NCBI GenBank assembly: GCA_045811225.1
Contig: JBJMUK010000010.1
Location: 1 to 32,804, forward strand
Reading direction: 5' to 3'
From: Sphingomicrobium sp.
Lineage (GTDB): Bacteria > Pseudomonadota > Alphaproteobacteria > Sphingomonadales > Sphingomonadaceae
DNA length: 32,804 nucleotides
Every line of letters starts with the position of its first letter. The first letter of the stretch is position 1. Both the position numbers and the translations under genes were made by a program. Positions 18,377-27,500 of this stretch are shown here, in pieces. The notes beneath the pieces are model-generated. The model saw only the letters and a list, made by a program, of their open reading frames with translations. It was not told the DNA's origin and searched no databases.

Positions 18377-19343
18377 AACCGAGCTTGCGTCTTCGCAGGC
18401 CAGCTACACTGCTGGCATGAACATGCTCAGGGCAAGCCGCTCCATGCGGGAGTGGACGGAAGCAACCCGCCTGATCGAGGACGCTTCGGCAGCCGGCATC
18501 GCAGAAGCAAGCGAACGCTGCGCGATCTTCCACTGCATGGGCGTTGCGCGGCCGGTCAATTGGGAACGTGCGTTCGACTTGCTCACCCTTTCCGCTGAGC
18601 AGGGCTCATCCCGAGCGGGTCGGCAGCTGGCGATGCTGGCGGAGCGGAGTGGCGCCAGGCAGGCCGAACCTGACAATTGGGCCGCGTTCCGCTCGGCCCT
18701 CTCTCTTGAGAGAATCCTGAGCGCTCCGCCCGTCCAACTCGTCTCGGTCTGCCCGCGTATCGGCGTGGTGGAAGGATTTGCCACTCCCGAGGAGTGCAGT
18801 TGGCTGATTGAGTCCGCGCAGGGAAACCTTCTTCCGGCCACAATCTATGACTCGGGAAACGCCTCCCTCCGTCCGGACGGGCAGCGAACTAACCGAACCG
18901 CGGAGTGTAACCCCCTTACCGTCGGCATCATTGCGGAGGTTATCCGCGCACGGCTGTCTCGCTGTATTGGACTGGCGCTTGCGAACTACGAATTGTCGCA
19001 GGTGCTTCATTACTCGGTGGGGCAGGAATTCAAGCCGCACCACGATTATTTCGATCCCGCAAAAGAGGGTTTCCAGAAGGAAATCTCGACCCGGGGTCAG
19101 CGGGTCGCGACGCAGCTGATCTACCTGAACGAGGAATATGAGGGCGGTGTGACCCAGTTTCCGTCGATCGGCATCGACTATCGCGGAAAGACGGGCGACG
19201 CGTTGATGTTCTTCAACATCAACGAATCCGGCGATCCGGAGCCGCTCACACTTCACACCGGCCTTCCGCCGACGAGCGGCGAGAAGTGGATATTCTCACA
19301 ATGGATACGGGACCGGAGACCGGCGCAGGCTCCGCAACCCTGA
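18366..19343 (+). CDS. Prolyl 4-hydroxylase-like 2OG-Fe(II) oxygenase with N-terminal Sel1-like helical region
   Basis: QVLHYSVGQEFKPHHDYF (HxD), QRVATQLIYLN, GGVTQFP, LHTGLP and GEKWIFSQW. The N-terminal NWERAFDLLTLSAEQG is Sel1-like. Confidence 0.88.
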   Translation: MTTETELASSQASYTAGMNMLRASRSMREWTEATRLIEDASAAGIAEASERCAIFHCMGVARPVNWERAFDLLTLSAEQGSSRAGRQLAMLAERSGARQAEPDNWAAFRSALSLERILSAPPVQLVSVCPRIGVVEGFATPEECSWLIESAQGNLLPATIYDSGNASLRPDGQRTNRTAECNPLTVGIIAEVIRARLSRCIGLALANYELSQVLHYSVGQEFKPHHDYFDPAKEGFQKEISTRGQRVATQLIYLNEEYEGGVTQFPSIGIDYRGKTGDALMFFNINESGDPEPLTLHTGLPPTSGEKWIFSQWIRDRRPAQAPQP

Positions 19344-19347
19344 CGGC

Positions 19348-21147
19348 CTAAACCTCAATTGGAGCGCAGGCCTTGGTGAGCCACAGTAGATCATCGCCCT
19401 GCAGACGCGTTCCGATGTTTGCCAAAACATGGGCGTGATAGCAGTTGAGCCAGGCGAGCTCCTCGAAGCTGAGCATCTCCGCCATGATCAGGCGCCGGTC
19501 GATCGGTGCGAAGGTCAGCGTTTCGAACCCGAGCATCGGCTTCTCCGCACCCTCCACCTCGCGCTGCACGACGAGAACCAGATTTTCAATCCGGATCCCG
19601 TACTCGCCGCTCTTATAATAGCCCGGCTCGTTCGAGAGGATCATGCCCGGCTGCAGCGGCTCGTCGCCCCCTGACTGCGAACTTCCCACCGGTGAAATGC
19701 GCTGCGGCCCCTCATGTACCGACAGGAAGCTACCAACGCCGTGGCCGGTCCCGTGGGCATAATCGAGCCCAGCTTCCCACACGGGCCGGCGAGCGAAGCT
19801 GTCGAGTTGGCTACCGCGGACGCCCTTCGGGAAGACGGCGGTCGCAACGGCGATGTGGCCCTTGAGCACCCGGGTGAAACGGTCCCGCATTTCCTCGGTG
19901 GGCTGCCCAATGGGGACGGTGCGCGTAATATCGGTGGTGCCGCCGAGATACTGCCCGCCCGAGTCGATCAGGTACAGGCTGCCCGGCGTAAGCTTGCGGT
20001 TCGTCGCTTCGCTGGCCCGGTAGTGGACGATCGCGCCGTTTGGGCCGCAGCCGGAGATGCTGTCGAACGACAGGTCACGCAGGTCAGGGTTTTCCCGTCG
20101 CAACGCTTCCAACCGATCGGACGCGGTCAGTTCATCCAATTCGCCACGCGGCGCTTCATCATCGACCCACTTGAGGAAGCGAGCGATGGCCGCACCATCC
20201 TTCGCCTGCGCATCGCGGTGCCCGGCGATCTCGGCCCTATTCTTGATCGCCTTGGGGAGGACTGTTGGGTCGCGCAGTGGAAGGATCTTGGCGCCGGCCT
20301 TATCCAGCGCCTCGAAGATGGCTGCGACTGCGCGCTCCGGATCGACGGCAACCGTCTTTCCACCGAGTTCGCTCAATGCTGCCTCGAACGCCATGCGTTC
20401 GTGGATGCGGACGCCATTGCCGAGATGCTGGCGGACTTCAGCGTCGATCTTCTCACCGGCGACGAACAGATCGGCAGTCCCGTCGGAATGGACCAGCGCA
20501 TAAGCGAGCGCCACCGGCGTGCGTGCGACATCGGCGCCGCGCACATTGAAGGCCCAGGCGATTGAATCCAGTGCCGACAGCACCGCCGCGTCAGCACCCT
20601 TGCTGGCCAGCCAGTCGGCTATCTCGGTGCGCTTTTCGGCGGAGCTCTTTCCGGCATAGCTGTCCCCGTGCACGACCAGGCGCGCCTTCGATGCCTCGGG
20701 ACGGTCCGTCCACACCGCGTCGATAGGATTCCGCTTCGCGGGCACGAGCGTCGCCCCGCGGCTGGCCAACGCATCCGACGCCCTTTTCACCCAGTCTCGA
20801 CTGTGCAGCCATGGGTCGTAGCCAATGCGCCCGCCCTGCGGCGCATGATCCTTGAGCCAGTCGGATATGCTGGTTTCGGGGACCGACTGGTAGCTCCAAT
20901 CGTCGGCGCTCACCTGTTGCCGCACTTGCAGAGTGTAACGTCCGTCGACGAAGATCGCGGCTTCCTGTGGCAGCACGACGGCCGAACCGGCGGAACCTTC
21001 AAAGCCGGTCAGCCACGCAAGGCGCTGCGCGTACGTGCCGACATATTCGCTCATATGCTCGTCGGTCAGTGGGACGACAAAGCCGTCGAGACGGTCGGCC
21101 TTCAGCTGTTCGCGAAGTGCCGCGAGGCGGTCTGCATAAGTGGACAT
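19348..21147 (-). CDS. Xaa-Pro aminopeptidase (aminopeptidase P, M24B)
   Basis: DEHMSEY, LTGFEGSAG, DGRY, DSGGQY..GTTDITRT, HGTGHGVG...VHEGP, SNEPGYY and GIRIEN motifs. Confidence 0.95.
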   Translation of the reverse strand: MSTYADRLAALREQLKADRLDGFVVPLTDEHMSEYVGTYAQRLAWLTGFEGSAGSAVVLPQEAAIFVDGRYTLQVRQQVSADDWSYQSVPETSISDWLKDHAPQGGRIGYDPWLHSRDWVKRASDALASRGATLVPAKRNPIDAVWTDRPEASKARLVVHGDSYAGKSSAEKRTEIADWLASKGADAAVLSALDSIAWAFNVRGADVARTPVALAYALVHSDGTADLFVAGEKIDAEVRQHLGNGVRIHERMAFEAALSELGGKTVAVDPERAVAAIFEALDKAGAKILPLRDPTVLPKAIKNRAEIAGHRDAQAKDGAAIARFLKWVDDEAPRGELDELTASDRLEALRRENPDLRDLSFDSISGCGPNGAIVHYRASEATNRKLTPGSLYLIDSGGQYLGGTTDITRTVPIGQPTEEMRDRFTRVLKGHIAVATAVFPKGVRGSQLDSFARRPVWEAGLDYAHGTGHGVGSFLSVHEGPQRISPVGSSQSGGDEPLQPGMILSNEPGYYKSGEYGIRIENLVLVVQREVEGAEKPMLGFETLTFAPIDRRLIMAEMLSFEELAWLNCYHAHVLANIGTRLQGDDLLWLTKACAPIEV

Positions 21148-21195
21148 GGATGCGAGTTTAGGCTTCGCGGCCAAGCGCAACAAGAGGCGGCCCGG

Positions 21196-22416
21196 TCAGG
21201 CCGCGGCGGGGTCCAGGTCCAAGTCCCGGCTCCGGGCATCCAGTTCCGCGTCGGGCTGCATCGCGTCGTGCACGACCGCTAGGAATGCGATCCACAGCAC
21301 GATCATGCCCAACGCCAGATGAGTCGCGTTCGCAGCCACCGCAGCAAACAGGGGCAGGAGGATTGCGGCGGCGAGTGCAAACCGGGCCGACTGCGACGCG
21401 CGAGGCCAATGCCAGGCAGCGGCAAGTGCGACCATGACGCAATCATAGTCGCTGACGTAAATCGCGCTTGCGAGAAGGCCGAGCACCAGCACAGCCGCGG
21501 AGGTCGGCTCCGGACCGTGGCGCCGCCATATCCTCGCTACGAGGGCGGCCGCGATGCAGCTGGCGATGGCCTGCGCACCGTAAGCGATGGCCGCAGTCGA
21601 GCCCGCATGACGGACAAACACGAAGACGGACAGCATCCGGTGCCATGTTCCGGACCCATGCTCGAGGATCACGCGAGTCAGCATCTGCGCCCGTTCCGCA
21701 TAGGCCAACCAAGCGGCGGGGCCGTAAACTGCGACGGATAGAAGCAGAAGCGCGACTGCGGTGACGATGAAGCCAAGCAAGGCGCGCCGTTCACCCCCTG
21801 CAAGCAATGCTATCGGGATGAGCCAGCCGAGCTGCGGCTTGATCACGAAGACGGCGAAGATCGCACCGGCCAGAATCGGGCGGCTCGAGAGCAGGATGAG
21901 CCCCCAGCCGATGGCCGCAGCAAGCCAGCAGCCATTCTGGCCGCCCGTCGCGTTGATGAAGACGGCCGGCGTAGCGAGCGACAGGAGCAGCCAGTGATGC
22001 GGCGCGATGCGGCGGATCGCCGCCGCGAACAAAGCCCATCCCCCGACCTGCCAGAACGCCAGCGCGACAGGATATGGCAGGGCCGCAAGGGGGGCAGTTA
22101 GCAGCCAAGTCACCGGCGGGTAACTGTAATGGTAGAGGCCGATCACCCCGCCAACCACGGCGTTTTCGAACCTATGGAAACCCTGCAAGTCGTAGATCAA
22201 CGGCCAGTTGCCGGTCGCGCTGAGATGAGCGGCCGACCAGAAGTTGAGGAAGTCCTCGCCGAGTGGAGCACCGGCGCCGTCGGTCCAGTCTACCTGCAGC
22301 TGACGCGCGACGTGGAACGTGAACAGCAAAGCCGCGATGACACACCAGACCCGGGCGACCGCGATCAGCCGATCCGAGTTGAAACACCAACTGCCAAACG
22401 CGGCGCTTCGCCCCAT
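21196..22416 (-). CDS. Glycosyltransferase family 87 (GT-C fold, DUF2029-like) membrane protein
   Basis: Polytopic; GEDFLNFWSAA loop, YSYPP, GQNG, KPQLG and YD motifs typical of GT87-like proteins. Confidence 0.82.
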   Translation of the reverse strand: MGRSAAFGSWCFNSDRLIAVARVWCVIAALLFTFHVARQLQVDWTDGAGAPLGEDFLNFWSAAHLSATGNWPLIYDLQGFHRFENAVVGGVIGLYHYSYPPVTWLLTAPLAALPYPVALAFWQVGGWALFAAAIRRIAPHHWLLLSLATPAVFINATGGQNGCWLAAAIGWGLILLSSRPILAGAIFAVFVIKPQLGWLIPIALLAGGERRALLGFIVTAVALLLLSVAVYGPAAWLAYAERAQMLTRVILEHGSGTWHRMLSVFVFVRHAGSTAAIAYGAQAIASCIAAALVARIWRRHGPEPTSAAVLVLGLLASAIYVSDYDCVMVALAAAWHWPRASQSARFALAAAILLPLFAAVAANATHLALGMIVLWIAFLAVVHDAMQPDAELDARSRDLDLDPAAA

Positions 22417-22432
22417 CAAGCCGGGATAGCGA

Positions 22433-22900
22433 TCAATTTCCTGCCGGGGAACCCATGGTCTGGTCGCCGCCGGTCACAGAACCGCCTGAGGCGATTTGCT
22501 GTTGCACCGCCTGGTTCAACTGCGCCGACGTGGTCGTCGCCGTGCAGCTGGCCTGCCCGCTGGCAATGGAGGCCGCAAGTGCGCTTACAGAAACCCCGCA
22601 AACGCTGGCCGCGACATCGATTGGCACCTGAGCAGTGACCGGGATGTTGTTGCGATTGACGTTCAGTTCGACCGACAGATTGTTGAGGACGTTCTGAAGG
22701 TTCACGTTGACGAGCGTGGGTACGCTGGAGCTCGAACCACCACCGCTGGTCCCGCCGCTCGATCCCCCTGAATTGTCGGGGCTGGTCGCGGGCGCGGTGT
22801 CCCCGGCTGCCACCGGGGCGCTCGACTGTGACTTGCAGCCGGCCATCGCGAGAGCGGATGCCGCCACAAGGGTCGTGGTCTTCCAGGAGCGGAATGTCAT
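22433..22900 (-). CDS. Lipoprotein with chaplin-like beta-rich domain (paralog 1, 155 aa)
   Basis: Lipobox MAGC, Gly/Ser linker, core LVNVNLQNVLNNLSVELNVNRNNIPVTAQVPIDVAASVCGVSVSAL...C; SD AAGGA. Confidence 0.8.
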   Translation of the reverse strand: MTFRSWKTTTLVAASALAMAGCKSQSSAPVAAGDTAPATSPDNSGGSSGGTSGGGSSSSVPTLVNVNLQNVLNNLSVELNVNRNNIPVTAQVPIDVAASVCGVSVSALAASIASGQASCTATTTSAQLNQAVQQQIASGGSVTGGDQTMGSPAGN

Positions 22901-22927
22901 GTTCGTCCTTCCAGTGCAGAGTGGCGC

Positions 22928-23428
22928 TTACTGCGCGGTCGTGGCGCCCGCGGTTGTCGTTGGTGCGGGTAATGGCTCCGAAACCTGGGGCTTGGTTGTG
23001 GTCGTGCTCGTGGTGGCTGGCGTCGCGCCGTTGCTCTGGGCGCCGCCGCCGACATTGCCGTCCGCCGCCAGCTGTTGCTGCACTGCCTGCGTCAGTTCAG
23101 GCGACGTGGTATTCGCGGAGCAGCCCTGGCTGGAGCCGCCGCCGGCACCGATCGACAAGATGTTGATCGATACGCCGCAAACGTTCGCGGCGACGTTGAT
23201 CGGGATCTGCGCATTGATCGGGATGTTCGCCTTGTCGATCTTCAGGTCGAGAGCGAGATCATTCAGGACGTTGGAGAGATTGACGTTGACCAGCGACGTG
23301 GCGACGCCCCCCACGCCTTCTGCCAGTGACGAACCGGCGCTCTTGATGCCGTCGGTTGTGGATGCGGTCTTGCAGGCCGAAGTCAGGAGAACAGCGCACA
23401 ACACAGGTGCGAAGAAACGCTTACGCAT
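22928..23428 (-). CDS. Lipoprotein with chaplin-like beta-rich domain (paralog 2, 166 aa)
   Basis: MRKRFFAPVLCAVLLTSAC lipobox, core LVNVNLSNVLNDLALDLKIDKANIPINAQIPINVAANVCGVSINIL...C, and Thr/Pro-rich tail; SD AGGTGG. Confidence 0.8.
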   Translation of the reverse strand: MRKRFFAPVLCAVLLTSACKTASTTDGIKSAGSSLAEGVGGVATSLVNVNLSNVLNDLALDLKIDKANIPINAQIPINVAANVCGVSINILSIGAGGGSSQGCSANTTSPELTQAVQQQLAADGNVGGGAQSNGATPATTSTTTTKPQVSEPLPAPTTTAGATTAQ

Positions 23429-23456
23429 ACGAAACCACCTACAGTTCAGGCCATCC

Positions 23457-23481
23457 AACGCGTTCGTCGCACGTTGGTTGC
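23457..23481 (-). promoter_or_regulatory. Probable EcfG-type promoter for the lipoprotein pair
   Basis: GCAAC-caacgtgcgacgaacg(16)-CGTT, 28 nt upstream of the 23428 start; one mismatch to GGAAC. Confidence 0.55.
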
Positions 23482-23571
23482 TGGGCGATGAATCTCGCAT
23501 TCGAGGGCGGCCTAGAGCCTTCTCGGTGCCTTTCTGCTTCCCGTCGGAAGCGGTCGCGCTAAGGAGCGAAT

Positions 23572-25629
23572 ATGACCAAGCCTAGCGATCTTCCGGCGCC
23601 CAGAGCCGAACAGAAGCCATTCTCGTACGAGCGCCACGGAGTCACGATTGAAGACCCGTGGCATTGGCTGCGGGATCCGAATTACCCACAAGTCGGTGAC
23701 GAGGAGGTGCTTGGCTATCTCCGGGCAGAGAACGCCTATTTCGAGGCGGCCATGGAACCGCACCGCGACTTACTCGACAGCCTCTTTGAAGAGATGAAGG
23801 GACGGATCAAGGAGGACGACAGCTCCGTCCCGATGCGCGATGGCGACTATCTTTACTGGTGGGCCTTCAAGCCGGGATCGCAATACCGGACCTGGTTCCG
23901 GAAGCTGGTGGCTGGCGGCCCCGACGAGGTACTGTTTGACGAGCCCGCGGAGGCCGAAGGAAAGGAGTATTTCCGGCTGGGAGCAATGGAAGTCAGCCCC
24001 GATGGGAAGCTGATGGCCAGCCTGGTCGACGACAATGGGTCCGAGCGCTTTACCCTGCGCATTCGCGACATCGAGGCCGGACGGGATATCGAGACGGTCA
24101 CCGAGGTTGCGATCGGAAGCCCAGTGTGGACCAGCGATAGCAAGGGCGTGGTCTTCACCGAAGTGAACGATCAATGGCGCAGTTATCGCGCCCGTTACCA
24201 CCGGCTCGGCGACGATCCTGCCCGAGACATCACGTTGTACGAAGAAACGGAGGAGCTGGGCTTTTCCGTGGGCGTCGGCCTGTCACAGGACCGCAGCACA
24301 ATCTTCGTCTCGACTGGCGACAATGCGACCAGCGAAGTTCGGTTCGTGACCGCAGCCGACCCCGCCCAGCCGCTAACGATGATTTCACCGCGCAAGGAGA
24401 AGCGCGAATATCATGTCGACGCGGCGCACGGGAAACTGTGGATTGTCACCAATGACGATCACGTCAATTTCCGCCTGGCCGAAGCCGACCCCGCGCGCGC
24501 GGATCAGTGGACGACGGTCATCCCCGGGTCCGATCGCGTCTACCTGCGGGGCGTGAGCTCTCACCGCGACCACCTTGCGATTAGTGCCCGGGTGGACGGG
24601 CTCGATCAGCTGATCCTGCGGTCCTATGAGGGGGAGGAGACCCGCATTCCCTTCCAGGAAGCGAGCTACACAGCCGGTTTCGCAGGCAATCCGGAATTCG
24701 CGCCGGACGCATACCGCCTCGCCTACAGTTCGATGGTCACGCCATTGACCGTCTACGACTATCATCCCTCCGATCGGCGGCTGGAAGTGCTGAAGGTACA
24801 GGAGATTCCGTCGGGCTATGACGGTTCGTTGTACGCGACGGAGCGGCTCATGGTGCCGGCACGGGATGGCAAGCAGATCCCGGTGTCGGTGGTCTACAAG
24901 AATGGCTTCGAGAAGGACGGTGCCGGCAAGCTGTTCCTTTATGCTTATGGGGCCTACGGGCATGCTATTCCGCCCGCTTTCAACAGCAACCGGATTAGCT
25001 TGCTAGATCGCGGCTGGGCCTGCGCCATCGCCCACATCCGCGGAGGCGATGACCTTGGCCATGACTGGTTCCTACAGGGGAAGCTCGACAAGCGAACGAA
25101 CACGTTCAACGACTTTGTTGATACTGCGAAGGGCCTGATTGCCCAGGGTTTCACCGGCGCTGGGCACATTGCAATCAACGGTGGGTCGGCCGGGGGTGAG
25201 CTGATGGGCGCCGTGGCCAACAGCGACCCTGACCTATGGGGAGCGATCGTTGCAGACGTGCCCTTCGTCGATGTGCTGAACACGATGCTCGACGACACAC
25301 TCCCGCTGACCCCCGGCGAGTGGCCGGAGTGGGGCAACCCCATCACCGACAAGGCAGCGTTCGATTACATCCGCAGCTACTCGCCGTACGACCAAGTCAA
25401 GCGACAGTCCTATCCGCCCATGCTCATCACCGGTGGCCTCAACGACCCCCGCGTGACTTATTGGGAACCCGCGAAGTGGGCGGCCAAACTCCGCGAGATG
25501 AAGACCGACGACAATCTGCTGCTGCTGAAGATCAACATGGGCGCGGGCCACGGCGGCAAATCCGGGCGGTGGGAGCGGCTGCACGAGGTAGCAGAGACCT
25601 ATGCCTTCATGCTGACGCAGGTCGACTGA
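23572..25629 (+). CDS. ptrB: Oligopeptidase B (S9A family)
   Basis: EDPWHWLRD, YAYGAYG, HIRGG, catalytic GGSAGG, NDPRVTYWEPAKW and AGHGGKSGR. Confidence 0.95.
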   Translation: MTKPSDLPAPRAEQKPFSYERHGVTIEDPWHWLRDPNYPQVGDEEVLGYLRAENAYFEAAMEPHRDLLDSLFEEMKGRIKEDDSSVPMRDGDYLYWWAFKPGSQYRTWFRKLVAGGPDEVLFDEPAEAEGKEYFRLGAMEVSPDGKLMASLVDDNGSERFTLRIRDIEAGRDIETVTEVAIGSPVWTSDSKGVVFTEVNDQWRSYRARYHRLGDDPARDITLYEETEELGFSVGVGLSQDRSTIFVSTGDNATSEVRFVTAADPAQPLTMISPRKEKREYHVDAAHGKLWIVTNDDHVNFRLAEADPARADQWTTVIPGSDRVYLRGVSSHRDHLAISARVDGLDQLILRSYEGEETRIPFQEASYTAGFAGNPEFAPDAYRLAYSSMVTPLTVYDYHPSDRRLEVLKVQEIPSGYDGSLYATERLMVPARDGKQIPVSVVYKNGFEKDGAGKLFLYAYGAYGHAIPPAFNSNRISLLDRGWACAIAHIRGGDDLGHDWFLQGKLDKRTNTFNDFVDTAKGLIAQGFTGAGHIAINGGSAGGELMGAVANSDPDLWGAIVADVPFVDVLNTMLDDTLPLTPGEWPEWGNPITDKAAFDYIRSYSPYDQVKRQSYPPMLITGGLNDPRVTYWEPAKWAAKLREMKTDDNLLLLKINMGAGHGGKSGRWERLHEVAETYAFMLTQVD

Positions 25630-26036
25630 TGGCAGAGCGACCCGTGTTCGAGATGGCCTTGACGGCCTTGCCGGGTCACATCGACATCCTTGGCCACGTC
25701 AACAATGCCGTGTGGATCCAGTGGATGGAACGGGTTGCCACCAGCCATTGGGAAACGATGGCCAGCCCGGAACATCAGGAGGCCTATTACTGGGTCGTCG
25801 TGCGGCACGAGGTCGATTACCTCCGCGCAGCGCATGAAGGAGACCGCATCACGGCGCGAACCTGGGTCGGCGATGCGCCGCAGGGAGCGAAGTTCGCCCG
25901 GCACATGGAATTCCTCGGCAATGACGGCCGGCCTTGTGTGCGAGCGCTGACCCAATGGGCGATCATCGACAAGGCAGCGGGTCGGCCGATCCGGGTGCCA
26001 CCCGAAGTGGTGGCGCCATTCATGGGGGAGGATTAA
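25629..26036 (+). CDS. Acyl-CoA thioesterase (4HBT/hotdog family)
   Basis: HIDILGHVNNAVW and WVVVRHEVDY motifs; TGATG coupling to ptrB. Confidence 0.9.
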   Translation: MAERPVFEMALTALPGHIDILGHVNNAVWIQWMERVATSHWETMASPEHQEAYYWVVVRHEVDYLRAAHEGDRITARTWVGDAPQGAKFARHMEFLGNDGRPCVRALTQWAIIDKAAGRPIRVPPEVVAPFMGED

Positions 26037-26046
26037 GGATCCACGG

Positions 26047-26688
26047 ATGAGCCGTCCGATCCTCTATGATTATTTCCGCTCTTCCGCCGCCTACCGTGTG
26101 CGGATCGCGCTCAACATCAAAGGCGTGGATTACGAGAGCCGACAGATCAGCCTCGTCGAGGGCGCGCAGAAGGAAGAGGCCTATCGCACGGTGAACCCGC
26201 AAGGCCTGGTCCCCGCGTTGGAGATCGACGGCGGGCTGATCACCCAAAGCGTGGCAATCATCGACTATCTCGACGTACGCTTCCCGCAGCCGCCATTAAT
26301 GCCCGTGGGGGAAGGCGATCGGGCGCACGTGCTCGCAATGGCGCTGGCGATCGCCTGCGACATTCATCCGCTCAACAACCTTCGGGTCTTGAAATATCTC
26401 GCTGGGCCGCTGGAGACTGCGGAGCCTCAACGCAATGATTGGTACGCGCACTGGGTAAGCGAGGGCTTCGCCGCGCTCGAGGAGATGGCCGCCCCGCGTG
26501 CAGGCGCGTTCCTGTTCGGCGACACTCCGACCACGGCCGACATCATGCTGGTCCCCCAGATGTTCAACGCACGCCGGTTCAACGTCCCTGTCGACCCTTA
26601 TCCTACGCTGCTGCGGGCAGATGCGAACGCCACGGCGTTGCCGGCGTTCGCGCGGGCGCACCCCGATCAGCAGGAGGCAACGCAATGA
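26047..26688 (+). CDS. maiA: Maleylacetoacetate isomerase (GST zeta class)
   Basis: YFRSSAAYRVRIALN, NPQGLVPAL, QSVAIIDYL, IACDIHPLNNLRVL and AHPDQQ motifs. Confidence 0.94.
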   Translation: MSRPILYDYFRSSAAYRVRIALNIKGVDYESRQISLVEGAQKEEAYRTVNPQGLVPALEIDGGLITQSVAIIDYLDVRFPQPPLMPVGEGDRAHVLAMALAIACDIHPLNNLRVLKYLAGPLETAEPQRNDWYAHWVSEGFAALEEMAAPRAGAFLFGDTPTTADIMLVPQMFNARRFNVPVDPYPTLLRADANATALPAFARAHPDQQEATQ

Positions 26689-27500
26689 ATCGCGTTGAAG
26701 GAATCAATCGCGGTCTGGGAAATGCGCAAGCGCTGGATCGGATCGAAGTCCCGAGCCTGCAGGGTCAAGTCAGCGAAGAGGAATGGACACTGCGCGTGGA
26801 CCTTGCCGCAGCCTACCGGCTGGTCGCGCACTTCGGTTGGGACGACCTCATCTTCACGCATCTGTCGGCCCGTCTCCCGGGGCCGGAGCACCATTTTCTG
26901 CTCAACCCGTTCAATCTGATGTTTGAGGAAGTGACCGCGTCTAGCCTGGTCAAGGTGGACGCAAGCGGCGCGCCGGTGCAGCCGACGCCCTTCGTCACCA
27001 ATCCTGCGGGTTTCGTGATCCATTCCGCCGTGCACATGGCCCGGCCGGATGCCCAGGCCGTGATGCACCTTCACACGCCTGCGGGACAGGCGGTCTCCGC
27101 ACACTCCCAAGGGTTGCTCCCACTGACGCAAACCGCGATGTTGGTCGGCGGGGACCTGGCCTTTCACGACTATGAAGGCGTGGCGGTGCACGAGGGTGAA
27201 CGTGAACGGCTGATTGCCAATCTGGGCACGAGGCGTGCATTAATCCTGCGCAACCACGGGACACTCGCAGTTGGTCGAACCGTCGCGGAATGCTTCCTGA
27301 CACTCTACTTCCTCGAACGGGCGTGCGAAGCGCAGATCATGGCGCTGTCGGCCGGCGCAGATCTCAATCACCCCCCGCAGGGTTCACCCGAGATCACTGC
27401 ACAGCAGGGCATGGCCGGACTGGAGATTGCCGCGAACCGGCTGGCGTGGCCCGCGCTAAAGCGGAAGGCCTACCGGCTGGATCCAGGGTTTTCGACCTAG
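26685..27500 (+). CDS. Class II aldolase/adducin family protein
   Basis: RVDLAAAYRL, THLSAR, EEVTASSLVKVD, IHSAVH, MHLHT and LRNHG motifs; ATGA overlap with maiA. Confidence 0.92.
   Translation: MNRVEGINRGLGNAQALDRIEVPSLQGQVSEEEWTLRVDLAAAYRLVAHFGWDDLIFTHLSARLPGPEHHFLLNPFNLMFEEVTASSLVKVDASGAPVQPTPFVTNPAGFVIHSAVHMARPDAQAVMHLHTPAGQAVSAHSQGLLPLTQTAMLVGGDLAFHDYEGVAVHEGERERLIANLGTRRALILRNHGTLAVGRTVAECFLTLYFLERACEAQIMALSAGADLNHPPQGSPEITAQQGMAGLEIAANRLAWPALKRKAYRLDPGFST

Noticed and set aside
22707-23585. 292-aa hydrophobic plus-strand ORF
   Set aside because: Antisense shadow of the Thr/Asn-rich lipoprotein genes; it also overlaps the ptrB start.
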